A DNA stretch of 64,000 nucleotides from Vicugna vicugna (lineage: Eukaryota), in contig MU058844.1 of NCBI GenBank assembly GCA_013265495.1, positions 6,385,260 through 6,449,259 on the forward strand, in the 5' to 3' direction. The notes below the pieces were generated by a model. The model saw only the letters and a program-made list of their open reading frames with translations, was not told where the DNA came from and did not search any database. Of the stretch, positions 1 through 12,729 are shown in pieces; position 1 is the first letter of the stretch; the number at the start of each line of letters is the position of its first letter. Made by a program: the position numbers and the translations under genes.

Positions 1-7
1 CTCCTAC

Positions 8-312
8 CTGGACCCTGGCCTCAGTCAGCTCTGTCCTCAGAGCAAGTTGTTCTCTGACATACACATCCGGGTAGTGGGTTTTCTGAAAGACCTTTTCCAG
101 CTCCTCCAGCTGCAAGCTGGTGAAGGTGGTCCGGTGTCTCCGCTTCTTACTGCTGGATACGTTGCTGTCACATTTATCCCCAAGTTCATCCAGTTCTCCC
201 TTCTCTGGCATCCCTTTCACGGGAGACATCCGGAGGCTGTTACAGTTGTCCATAGCTCTATTTAGCTCGGTGTGAAGAGGCTGTCCTTCTACTTTAGTGA
301 TCCCATAGTTCA
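8..312 (-). CDS. ALX1: ALX homeobox protein 1 (CART1), coding exon 2 (305 bp), containing the N-terminal part of the homeodomain
   Basis: Minus-strand translation (V)[101 protein letters not shown]. Acceptor ...gggtacAG at 314-313 and donor CAG|GTAGGAG at 7-6. The intron after ARVQ is the typical paired-class homeobox position, and the phase matches exon 1. Confidence 0.98.
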
Positions 313-1220
313 CTGTACCCAGAGGGGGAAAACAACAGCTCTCAGGATTGCAAAACATCTCCATGAAGGAATTAAGTTGAAGTAATTTAGAGCATCAGGG
401 AAGCGATCTGTTAATGATTTATTTTGCCAGTATTAAATTTGATCATCACATTATGTATGATTATTAATTCACTTTGGGCAGGTTTAAAACCATTTTAAAA
501 TGTATACACTGAACTCATCTGCCAAAAATACACAGTTCTCCTCTCCAGGATTCATGTAATGCTTATGCACATAATTTATAATCAAATTTAGGTAGTCAAA
601 AGATGCTCTACATTTTTTTAAAAAACACCTAGGTGAGCATAATTTTTGAAAAGTGAGCCAATATATCGTATTTTATTTGCAGCAGACAAAATTAAGTTAC
701 TTAGGTGGCTCAAAAAAGGTATTTCAATTTTAAATAGTATCTGTAAACCAAAATTCAAACTCTTCTCAAAAGTTATATTTCTCCTCCACACAAAACCTAT
801 GGACTAGAGATTTAAGATACAGTATCGTTTCTACTATATTTCCATGATTTTAACTATATATTCATGTCTGCACTTAAAAATTTTAATTCAAAAAAGTGAT
901 CTGCTAAGTTAAAAGTGAATTTGCTATTGGTTTCTGAAAGTGTTTCCTACAGAAAAGTAAGATTTAAATAGACTTCTTTAGCTTAAAAACTCGCAGTTCT
1001 TTCCAAATATAAATTTCTGCTTAGCTCATGAAATTTGTTTTAAGACAAAAAGTTTTAATTTTCCCTCTAGTAAAGAAGAGAAATTAAAGCATCTTTATTA
1101 AAAGATTATTAAGGATGTCATCTGGCATTCTGTTTAGAGATGTTTTAATTTCAGTGATTTCCTCCAGATTTGAGTGCATGCTGGCAGTATGATGTAAAAC
1201 AAAAATATATCTTATGGTGC

Positions 1221-1239
1221 CACACACACACACACACAC
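1221..1239. repeat. (CA)n microsatellite in ALX1 intron 1
   Basis: cacacacacacacacacac. Confidence 0.9.
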
Positions 1240-3018
1240 GCAATGGATGCACATAAGAAATGGGAAGCATTTTTTAAAAGTCATCCCAGCCACAACAGTG
1301 ATATCCAATGAACTGTGAAACTTTTTTCGTTTTTGTCTGTTTTAAAATTCTCTTTCATAATGTATTTTTACAACTGCTTTAATCATTATACAAATACATT
1401 AAACTTTAGTACCTAGATAACTTAGATACCTAATAGGTTTTATGCAAAGGAAGATGTGATGTAAAACTGAATATAAAGAAGAGCCTTGACTGATTAACAG
1501 TACCGTTTTGTCTCTTTCGTCAGAGTTAACGGGGAACTGCGGTAATTAGGGACGGGGGGAGGGGAAGCAGGCGTGAGGGTAAGGGCATCTCAGGAGAAAG
1601 ACAGGAATTTTACTAAATTTAGCGGACTTCTTGTTGCCTTACATTCATCTTACTTAATACTTCCTTATTAAAATTCATCTTAATAGTATGATGTTCTTTT
1701 AAAACTTGATCAAGTATTAAAAATACCTATCTCTTTTATTTTGGAATCCTGACAACTTAAAATAGTATGATTGAGTCATATCCAGCAGTCAACACAGGAC
1801 ACTTCAGAACCATTTTTTAAAAACCCCGTCCGTGGAAATAATTTTACGTATACACCTAAGAATTCCAAAATAAAGATGCTGTGGTCTGAAATACAGCCAG
1901 GAAGCCAAAAATTTAGTGTGTTAAAATAAAAACCAATTTTCGGGTCTTTCTGAATAAGTGACTGAGATTTAACTGATTTTCTCTAGCCTTTGCGCCTTTA
2001 TTTTTTATTTAAACTTGGAAGTCGAAAGTAACTTGCAACGTTGAACAAAGTAAGTAAAATACACGAGGTCGTTTTTTAAGCTTACTGTGTACTAAGTATT
2101 TAGAAAATGAGTTTCTATGACCCAGTGCCTTGCCAGATTTCGAACCTCCATCAAAATAGGGGGCGGGAGGCTTGTTGTAAATATTTCACACTTAATTCGT
2201 TTGTTATTTTAAAGCAACCCGCTCCTTACAGCTCAACTGTGGAATATATACAATGATAAGGAAAAGTCCTCTTGGAACTGTAAACTTGCTTTAGCTGTCG
2301 CGATCTGAAAAAAACAGGTTTGTATTGGGTTACAAGATAGAAAAGATAGATGGTTTGTTTTGATAACATTTTGACTTTGAGATACTTGGCCATTCAAAGT
2401 TGAAGATTTCACCCAGAAGCATTCCGAAAGGCTTCTTAGGTGACTTCCAATGTGGAGTCAGAAAAACAGACAATGCAGAATTCTGGAGTGAGCGATTATA
2501 TTGAGAATTCTTTGCCCGAAGCTAAATAAAGTGACTTGGCGTTGAACACTTATTTATCTGCTGTACTGCAAATGCAAAGAAGTAGAAATCACAAATCTAC
2601 ACAAGCTAATCTAGCAATCCTCTAACTTCACAAAGAAAACTATCGCTACGTCTTGGCAAGTAAGAAAGGTTTTTCACCTAAGTTTTCTTATTCGTGAAGA
2701 TAGTGACGTCCTCTAACGAGCTGTGATGGATTTCAGCCCCTCCTGCCCCGGCAGCGCGGCGGGCTCGCAGAGGAAGCCCGCTGTCTTGACTCAATTACGC
2801 TCTATTTAGCGCCCTATCAGTTTACGCCGGGGTCCTGGGTAGAGAGACTCCAGGACCCGTGGGGGACAAGACTCACAGCAAAAAGAGAACCGGCCGGAGG
2901 CAACCCGGCGCGGCATCCTTCCTTTGCTCCCCCCAAAGTCTGCAGCAGCCAAAACTCCGCTTCCTAAAAAAAGCGTGGTTCCACTACCTTCCTCCGCCCT
3001 CCAGCTCTCTCGCTCCCG

Positions 3019-3077
3019 CTTTCTTTCCTTCCTTCCCACCTTCCTTCCTTCTTTCCTTCCTCCCTCCCGCCCTCCTC
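3019..3077. repeat. (CCTT)n-like polypyrimidine tract in ALX1 intron 1
   Basis: tttccttccttcccaccttccttccttctttccttcctccctccc. Confidence 0.75.
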
Positions 3078-3147
3078 GTTCGGGCCGGTCCTCACACTCC
3101 GGATTAGCGGGTGGGCTGCCGCAGCTCGGCCAGGGCAGGGGACTCAC

Positions 3148-3373
3148 CGCTGCTGTCCTGACAGGGCGAGGTCCTCTCCAGACGCACGTGATGCTCGGCG
3201 CGGGGCAGGGGCCCAAAGGCCTGCACGCATTTGCCCGCCGACGCTTTGCTGTAAAAGGACTCATTGTCCAGCGTCTCCATAACGTGCTCCAACGCGCCTC
3301 CTGCGCCCATGTAAAAGTCACTGTTTTTACTCGGTGGGCTCTTGAGGGCAAACTTCTCGCTGAGAAACTCCAT
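3148..3373 (-). CDS. ALX1: ALX1 coding exon 1 (226 bp)
   Basis: ATG at 3373-3371 gives [75 protein letters not shown], the ALX1 N-terminus. Donor G|GTGAGT at 3147. Phase 1 joins exon 2, and 226+305 = 531 nt is in frame. Confidence 0.98.
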
Positions 3374-3559
3374 AATCCTGGAAGGCTGTCGCGGAGCTCC
3401 TGGGGCTCGGAAGCTGGAGAGCGCTGGGGGAGGGAGCGAGTGGGCGGGAGAAGGGAGGGCCAGAGAGGAGCGAAGGGGAAGCGAGCGCTGCGGCGCCGGG
3501 AGCTGCCCGGCTCCGAGCCCTTTAAGACGTCCGGGCTGCAAAGGGGGCACCCGAAGTTG

Positions 3560-3567
3560 CTTTTATA
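3560..3567 (-). promoter_or_regulatory. ALX1: TATA box of ALX1 promoter (TATAAAAG); TSS expected near 3535
   Basis: Plus-strand cttttata is TATAAAAG on minus, about 190 bp upstream of the ATG, inside a CpG island. Confidence 0.7.
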
Positions 3568-6500
3568 TCTTGAAACTCAGCTGGGCTCCTCGGGCAACCT
3601 CCCAGTTCTAATGAATATGAAAATAGGCAGGCGACTAACTCCACCCCGGGTCCCCCTCCGCCTCCACCCCACCCCCATCTTCCCCCACTTACCCGGGCAG
3701 GGCGCGTCCAGGCCTAGGTTAGACAGACAGCTCCATTTCAGACAAATGCCAGCAGGGACGAAGCCACGACACCCAGAAACATTGTCGACGCGACAGTGGA
3801 CTGGCATTTCAGAAGAGCTTGGTGAGATCGCACAGCAGCTCACCCTCCACTCCTGCTCTCTGCGCCCTCCCCGGCCGCCCGCACAGAAAGATTTAGAGGC
3901 GTCTTAAGAACTTGAAAGGAAGTATTGCTCTAAAGGGCTTTTATTTCATCCGTAAATCGTTTATGTGGAAGATCCACATTAATCCGAAGCCCAAGAAGCC
4001 GGATGCGTTGGCAGCTATTAACTGGGACAGCCGTGGTAGAAGGGCGGCTTCTGCTTCCAACCAGGGGGAGCTCGGCGTCCCGGCGCTCTCGGCGCTTAAG
4101 AGCCCTTGGCCTTTCCTTTCTTTCTGGAATGCGGCGGCGTGTGGCTGTGGTGGCGATGGGAGAGGGAAGCCGAGCAAGAGGCATTGAAACCACTATATCA
4201 ATACCAACCTTATTTCCCCACCCTTCTCCCAACCTAGCCTTGGTGCGTGATTTTCTCATTAGATTTAGATTATTTTAAGGAACTCCTATAGGAAAAGAGC
4301 CTCCAAAGAGCCCTTAGTATAGGCCAGAGGGAGGCTCGTTAGGCAAAGGGGTTTATGAAAGAGGAAGGCTTCCAGCGTGGTTTTTACAAAATTATTATTT
4401 TTAATTTTAAAGAGTCGCGGTGGAGTTTGAAAAGCCGTGCGGGGAACGAGGGGCGTGCGCGGAGCTGGGCACAACGGCGAGGCAGCGTCCCGGCGCGGTC
4501 TGGGCCAAGGCCTCGCTTCCCGCCCTAGGGATGGTGGGTGTGCGGGGAGCTGGCGGCTCCCTGAGGGCAGGGCAGCCCTGCGGGGTTGAAGGCCTTGTAT
4601 GTGACTTTGGGACTCTTTGGCTTCCGAAGAGCCCGCGGAGGACGAGGGAAAAAGCGTTCAGAGTCTGGGCAAGAAAAGGCCGCCATTTGCAACAGGCCTT
4701 TTAAACTGGAAATCTGGTGAACACTCCCACAGGTTGGCGACTAAGGATTGCGTCTTCCAAGGGCGGCCTCTGCTCGACAGCCTTTCCCGCACAGGCTCTC
4801 GCAGCGCCTGTTCCGTCTTCCCAGGCCAGGCAGCCACCCTGGGGCCTTGGGCGCGCCGGGCAGACCCCACTCTGGGGTGGAGAGGCCAAGCCCAGCTCCG
4901 GCGAGCTTCCGGGTGGGCTCGGAAATTTCCACTTTCTTCAGGGTCTTGGCTGACCTAGGACTTACTGGGAGACCCTCTTCGAGGCCAGCCGGGGCCGCCG
5001 CCGGGGAGGAACAATCTGGGAGCGCTGCGCATCTCGGAGCTGCTCCGTAGTACTGCCCTAGGAGCGGAGCCAGCCCTCAACCCAGATCCGGCTGAGCGGA
5101 ACCCGAGCGGACTGCCGGGAACTGCAGCCCCGGTTCTCCCGAGACGCTTCTCCCGGGGATCCGCACAGCTCAGTTCACGTCGCGCCGCGCGTAGCGTGGC
5201 CTTGAGCGCGCACTCAGGTTCTGGCGAGTTGACACTATTCATGAATGATACAGCTGTTGCTGTGTCATTGTTACTATCTCCCGAGCTGTGCAGCCGGTAC
5301 CAGCCACTAATTGTTAAATCTCAAAGGGGCGCGGTCAAAGAAAATCTTTCAGGGACCGCGCCCGGAGGGAATGCCAGACTGCATCAAGGTGCGCGAACTC
5401 TAAGCGTGGTATCCTCGGAATTGGGTGGAGGGAGGTGGGGGGGGAGGCCTAGGAGAAGCAGGCGGGAGGGTACCCTAGGACATCCTGTCCATGTTTAAGA
5501 CAGAGGAGCAAGCAGTGCGCTTCCTGAGCACTTTCTAGCTGTTCCTGGGCCGCCCCTACGGGAACGTTGGATGTCCAGTTACCCACTCACTCCCCTGTAG
5601 GTTGATCATTTTTGATTCTCTCCCTTCCCCTTCAGTACCTTACCTTCAGATACTCTGAAAGCCTGACTTTCTCTAACAGACACGGGGAGGATAAGAGAAA
5701 TGGTCGTTTAATAGGCTTTTCAAAAATTCACAGCAGCGAGAACAACGCCTTGCTGACTTGAGGAAATATACAAACAACTCCGAGCTATAAACTTGGTTAT
5801 GTCGTAGAGCTCTGTCAGCGTGTTTATAAATATGCGTCTTAAGAGCCCTAAATTCCCTGAAGAAAAAAAAAAAACTCGGTGTCTTCTAAATGAAAGACAT
5901 ATGATGCAAGCTCTAGAGTACTTGTAAACCAATAATGGTCCGGCTCGCAGAGGAAACTACAGGGGAGCCAAGGTCGACAGCTGCCTGGTAAACCCGTTGT
6001 CACCCCACACCTCAACCCCACTTTTGATGGTAGTGGTTGGAGGGATGGGTGCAAGGTGTCACCAACCCCACTTAATATCCCTGGAGCCTCTTGGAAATGC
6101 AAATCTATTACACCTGTATGTATGGGGACATGTAACCACATGTGCCCATAACAGAGGGAACAGCTAATGGCAAACTCCCATAACGAATGCTTAATCTGCA
6201 GTTTTTGGCAAGAAGCTGGGTCTCTGGTTGCCAAGAGCTGCATTAAATGGATTCTGAGAGGTTATGATGGAGTTTATGCTAACGACACAACTCTAACCTT
6301 TGGAGCATTAACAATAAATTTAAAATAATATTAATTAAAACAATACTATTTAAAGGATTTCTGGAAGCCGCATGAAGGGAGAAGAAATTGGAGGCTAATT
6401 GGATCGGAGGCTGTCTCACCTTCCCTGAGATCTACCTGGGCATTTTCTGCCTGATGCTTTGAGGATAATCTTGGAAACTGACCATAGCACTTTGATAAAT

Positions 6501-9149
6501 ACTTTTGGCTACTCTATCCAGAACAGGCATGGCTTTTTTCGTCAGGCTTTAAAAACCTACTCCCAATCCACGTTCATTATCCCAGCCCTCCCCAAATCCA
6601 ACCAGTGGGCATGGCTAGAGCCCCCGGGGCCAGTGCCCTGAGGAACGATGGCTGGCAAGAGAGACCTAGTTTACTAAACCAGGTTCTAATTGGGGTTTTA
6701 TCTCCTCACACTCAGCCCATCACCCTTAGGCTGCTGTTCCCTTCTTTGCTCCACCTTTCTGTTTTGCCTGTGAGAGTATTGTTCATCACTTTCCATACCA
6801 GGAACCTGGGTTCTAAATCCAGGATTCAGCTCCCCATCTTTCATGTTAGTCAAGGAATCTACCTGGCCGAGAGCGCTTGCTGGAGGTGGTGGGAGTGGGG
6901 TGAGAGTCAGGGTAGGAGAGGGATGGAGATGAGAAGCCGCTGTCAATTTCTTTTAAATCCTAACAAAATTTAGGACATCCTAGGATGCCGGCACTTTCAG
7001 CTCCCTGAGCTCCTGATGCTTCTTCACAGCTCTTTGATGGGACTGAGGCACAGTGAGTCAGGAAGGAATGTGCAGAGTCCAGAAAGCTGAAGGCTGAGGG
7101 TTAACAAGTATTGCAGGTTCAAGTCTCAGTCTCCTGGAGACACTGTTTTCTCATTCCTCTGGCACCACTGATGCTAACACAGTGGAAAGGATATTTTGTG
7201 AAGTGACTCTGACATTCCGGTTTGACGTTACATTGAACATTCCTGCAACCAGTTTGTGGTTGTTGCTTGTTGTTAGGGGCCAACTCCCCAAACACAGTGA
7301 TTTGGAGGTGTTTTTTAAAGTTTTCTTTATTTAGTTCCATTTAGAGTCTAGGATTAGAATAACTGAATAAATTAAAACTAGTTGAAAAGTCCACTGAAAT
7401 GACTTATTTGACACCCCCGCCCCCACATACAGACACACACAAAGGTAAATTCAGATTAAGCCAAGTTCAGATAAGGGATTGGCTGTCAGCTTGGCTTACT
7501 TTACGTTTTAAAAAATTCTCGTGGTCTGAAAGCTGCTTTTGATGCCCCCCCCCACCTTGGAGAATATATTTTGGGAAATGAAAAATACTTTGAGTACATA
7601 CATCAAAGCAGCAACTGAAGCAACGCATAGAGCACTCTGGTTCCTTTATCAACTAATTGAAAGAAATGTCACACTTATATAGTCCTAGTGGGACTATCAA
7701 GATAGGATTGCAAGAATTTTCATCTTAGCACTTTCTTTTTGCGGCAAGAGTTTAAGGCATCTCAGTAAGTAAAGCTAGGAAAAATGCATGCTGAATCAGA
7801 TGAACTATGACAAATGTAGAAAAGCAAGGGTCTGGAGAGGGGAGGGGAAGCTGGGTGGAGAGAAAACTCTCATGAAAAAGTACTAAAATAGTTGACTGTC
7901 ATGTCTGATGGCCTGAAGCCAAGTGGCTTCATGTTTGGTGTGTGCTCCACTGGCTGCTGTTTTCCTCCCCTGGTTTCGTCTCCAGCCTTCCCACAGCTCT
8001 ACAGACATAACAGATACCGAAATACATTCTGCATCGGAGCAGCTCAGGAGGACTTCATCAACATAAAAAATATCTACACACACACAGAAACATTTTAAGA
8101 TTTTCTTTAAAATAGATGTCCCAATTCAGCATCATCTACTCCAGAAAACACACTTACAGAGTAATATAGAACTTCGTCATATTTTCGAAGCTTCTGTATT
8201 TTAATTAAAAAAAATGACCTGAATTGTAATCAGTCTTGTCAGTCTTTCAAGTGTGCTGTTAATGAAGCTCTCAAATATCATAGATTAAATTTACTTGTGA
8301 TTTCGAGCATACTAAATATTTCGGTATTTTAGAAACTCACATGATTCTTCTAAGACCTTATTTTTGAGTTTCAGCTTGTTTCAGTAGTAGTTTTTCAGTT
8401 GCCCTTTTTTTAACGAGAGAAATGGATTTAACTTCTGTTCTCGTAAAGGATCCAATTTAAATGTGAAAATCTACAACCATTTTCCCCACTTGCAAATATT
8501 TTGACTTATCTAACATGCCACTGTTTACATTTACCATAGAAATGTATTATTACAAATATTAAATAATCATAACCGCGATAATCCAATCACCTGCATTTCT
8601 CTTTATGGCTGTCCTCATTGTTTCAAGACCTTCTGAATGTAATAAAATAAAAGACCATTAAAGTTAGACCTCTTCTATGACACAGAGAAGATCATGCACT
8701 TAATTATGCACTTTTTATATAGTGCATAATTAAGCTAAACTGTATCCAATTCATAAATCCAGATTCCACTAGCAAATTTTATTCGTTTACCTATAACATG
8801 TCTTCCACTCTTATTTGAGATATGAACTGTTTAAACTTCTAGCTAATATATTTTCGATACATTTTCCTGCTGATTTATTAGATACATCTTAAAAGAAAGA
8901 ACTTCTTATTGTCAAGATGATGCTGTGCAAACGCACTTACGCCTTGAGTTTTCGCGTTGTAGGGAAAGACTTCCTTAACATCTCAGTACAGATAGAGGCA
9001 AAATGACACGACGGATGTTTCTCCTTTGGACTGGAATTACATAGTATACGTGTAAAATTCATGGTCGTTGAACAAACCCGACCAGGGTAAGGCCAATAGA
9101 CATAATCAAAGCAGTTCCAAACGGAGAGAAGCAAATTCTCCTCCCTTTA

Positions 9150-9960
9150 GACCCCCAAATACTGTGCCCCTCCCTCGCCGAAGATTACCCTTTACCTCGG
9201 GACAGGAAAGCAGGGTTTGGCGGCGAGGCTGTGCGCTTAGAACGCACCTCTCCGTAAGAAGCTGGAAAAAAAGCACCTTTTTGCCGTGGTGCTTTATGAA
9301 TGCAACCGAAAGAAGAAAAATACAAACCCGCTTATTACAGCAAGGATTATTCCGAAGAAAAGGGGACGGAGGGAGGACAGCGCCAACCCCTTCATTCGAA
9401 AAATCATTAAAGAGCTTTAAAGAAAGGTCAAGATTAATAGTCACCCACTTCTCCTTTCCAACCTGCCCTGCCCGCCCTCAGCAACGTAAATGCCTGCTGT
9501 GAATTTTGATAAGTGAGCTTTAACTTGCAAAGTGCCAGAGATGAGTTGCGGAACGCAAAGCTCTCCGTGGCTCGCGGAAGGAGAGCCGAGCTCGTGGGGC
9601 ACCCCTCGCTGGGGTGCTGGCAGGATCTGGGGCTGCGGGCGGCGCCCCCGCCGCGCCAACCCGCGCCGCAGAGCCCGCGCCCCTGCGCCACCACGGCCGC
9701 GGTCGACCCCACGCCGGAGTTCGCCTGGGAGCCGGAGCCGAGCAAACTTCCGGAGGCCATTCGGAGCGCCCCCTTCCCACAATGGCGGGCCTCTGGGGCG
9801 AGGGCTGAGTCTCCAAATGCCGCCTGATTTGACCTCAAGGCAGTAGGCAAAGTCGCCGACGACTGGGGACGACTCTGGTTAAGGGCGCAGATGTGGAGGA
9901 GTCTCTATCCGGAGCAAAGAGAATGAAGTTTCGCTTCTCTTGTAAACTTAAAAGAGACTC
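9150..9960. promoter_or_regulatory. Second CpG island about 6 kb upstream of ALX1
   Basis: Dense CpG/GC-box sequence (e.g. gcgggcggcgcccccgccgcgcc) with no repeat signature; boundaries approximate. Confidence 0.75.
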
Positions 9961-10841
9961 GACGACTACAAGAAAGAAGTTAGTGGTTAACTGGTTTGTT
10001 GCTAATATTTCATCAGTGGTGCCCTCCCTCCTTTAAAGTCTAACTCTTGGAAAAACAACATATTTTAAGCTTTCCATCCAAATATTGATACTGGCAAATA
10101 GATCATCCAACCGTCCCCTGGTAAGGACAGGGCCTTTTTTGTTTTACAAGTTGGCAATCAATTAATCCATATCACAAATTGCTGCAGATGTAGGGAATAA
10201 AGCAGAAGACTTGTAACTCTTTTTTAACAGTAGTATGTGCGCGTGAGTGTGAAGTAGTGCCCACCTCACTCTTCTACGTGTCTGCCACCGCGAATGAGGC
10301 CCTCCGGTACTGGGGAGAGCCAGGTTTCAGCCTGACTGCAAGAGGTTTCTAGCAGATACGGTAAATGCCAGGCAATGATCCGATCTCTTCTTAAGAACTT
10401 GCTTTACCGTAAAAATTTTTTACCCTTCACTGGATTTATTTTTTTAATGTCATTTTTGTGGAACAAAGCTGACGCACTACCTCTAGCAGGGTGGCGCCCG
10501 CCGCCTTGGAAGACGTCTGTCTGATAGAAAGGAATCCTCAGGACCTTAGCGGATTACGTCATTGCTCAGTTCCCAACAGCAGATGCCCCAAAGGACCTTT
10601 GTTGTAAAGTCAGAACAGTTATACACGTTCCTATGTTCACAGTTTGCTGTCGGAGATCACAAAATGTCATGAACGGACAATTTATTAATCACGTTCAAAT
10701 ATAACAAAATATATACTGCTATTCTACCAAATAGTTCAACGAGTATTTTTCAAGTTACCAAAAAGAAAGAAAACAAAATTGGCTTTGAACAATTCATTGA
10801 TATTAGATTCTTTGTGAGATTTCAACCACTTGTGTAATACC

Positions 10842-10944
10842 AAAAGAAGAAGAAGAAGAAGAAGAAGAAGAAGAAGAAGAAGAAGAAGAAGAAGAAGAAG
10901 AAGGAGGAGGAGGAGAAGGAGGAGAAGAAGGAGAAGAAGAAAAA
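10842..10944 (+). repeat. (GAA)19 plus GGA/GAA mixed purine tract
   Basis: 19 uninterrupted GAA at 10846-10902, then GGA/GAA triplets; about 100 nt with no pyrimidine. Confidence 0.95.
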
Positions 10945-12729
10945 TTATAATAAAATCAGCTCTTAGGTAGGACTTTAATTTTAAAAGGAACTTGTTTTGG
11001 AGCAGAGGGAAATCTCTTTCATGCAGTTACTTATAGGGGATCCACATATTTCCAATGAAGTTCATTTTTTATTAACATTAATGAAATTATTTCTTTTACT
11101 CTGTATTTGATTCACATATGCTACTTTTGGGGAGCGGGGTTGGCAGTCATTATTTTGCTACATTAAGAACTGCTCAATAATTGAATTGAATTAAGCAAAA
11201 TCTAAGTAACTGATTATTCTGTTTTTAGTAAGAATGTCCTTTAATCTTGCATTCTGTTTAATGTTAATACAACTTTGAACACTGTCTTCAGAGTTTAAAA
11301 AGAAATATAAATCTTGGCAAAATAAAAAAGGGAAGAAACTTTATTAATGTAATTTTTATTTTTCATGAAATAAAATATGGGCAGTGTCTCATTTGAGCTA
11401 TATGAGTTTCCTTGGACGTCTTTAACTACTGGCTCACAGATGAGGGAAACTGCATCAGATATGAGGGCTTCTTTACAATATCTCATGCAACTTTTTAGCT
11501 CCAGAAATGAACACTAAAATCCTGTGAATCATTTTTAAAAATTCTCTTCAGGTATTATCTATAAAAGGTGGACCTTAATTCTATCCAATATTTTCACCAA
11601 AAAATAAAATATAGTTATTGCATTCATAAAATTTTACAAAGTATGCATTCTCAGGAGGGCTAGTTAAAGCCATAGAATACAAGAAAAATTGGGAGGCAAA
11701 TATTTTTGGAGAAGGTAGAATGATGGAATTAAACCAATGAAGATCAACTTAAAAGTTGTGAGTTAAGGTTAAAAAAATTAATATAGGAGAAGGGAAACAA
11801 AGCTTTATTGTAAGAGTTCATAGAATAAAGATCTGAGGATATCTTGAGTCTGCAGCATGACAGTTGCTAAGACAGCTACTACAAACTTAGCTTATATTGT
11901 ATTAACAAAAGTGAAGCAGTCACACATCAAGAAAAATCAGGACCTCCCCACACACTGTATTATGCAGAAATCTAGACAACTGAGAACTGCTCTGGAAACT
12001 ATTTTTACTGAGAGAAATGAACAATTTTGAGCCTTTCTAGTGTACAGTAGGGGAGTCAAAGAGGATTTGGGAACTATGTCATAGACAGAATGGTAAAAGG
12101 AGTTTGTGATTTTTCAGCTAACAGAATACATGCAGAGGAATGATTTTTCAGTTTAGCCCCAGTGTGGAACTAAGTGGATCAGGTTCAGTTAGAAAACAGG
12201 TTTTTTTTGTTTTGTTTTGTTTTGTTTTTTAATGTAAAAAGGAACCTTTTTTTTTAAAACAATGACAGTTCTCTGACTGAAGTGGGCTGACTGTCAAAGC
12301 TGCACGCTATTGGACAAAAGATGTTAGAGAGGGAAGTCTGTGTTGTCTCTTCCCAATCAGTTTCCAAGTGATGTTCTTAATGCTTACAGTAGCATTACAT
12401 CTTTGAGACTTCTGTCACAAAAAAATGATTGTACTATTAATTTCCAAATTAGGATTACTTTTCTCTAAGAAAAAAATAACTTTGTATCATAATTTTACCT
12501 TACTTATGAGCTGAAATTAAAGACTATACTTGGAAAGCAAGTGTTTCCTGTCAAATAACCATAGTAGCATTCTGGCCTGCCTGTATTTTTCTTATCTAGA
12601 TAAACTTTTTGATTACCTATCAATGGCATTTGGCTAACTGGTTGCACACAACTTCTGTGACAATGGATATGTACACATCACTGTTTACCTATAATACCAA
12701 AAATGTAGTAAAGTGTAGCCTAGATTGAC

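Larger units (their letters stand above)
2740..5560. promoter_or_regulatory. ALX1: CpG island over ALX1 promoter, exon 1 and start of intron 1
   Basis: Visibly GC- and CpG-dense compared with the AT-rich flanks; boundaries approximate. Confidence 0.85.

Noticed and set aside
3912..5498. Many overlapping 60-113 aa ORFs upstream of ALX1
   Set aside because: GC-rich CpG island gives open frames on all strands; Arg/Pro/Gly-rich, no domain, no exon structure.
9434..9850. Six overlapping ORFs in the second CpG island
   Set aside because: Same GC artefact; no recognisable protein.
10482..10500. CTCF-like CTAGCAGGGTGGCGCCC
   Set aside because: One extra base breaks the register of the core consensus; cannot support without a PWM or ChIP data.
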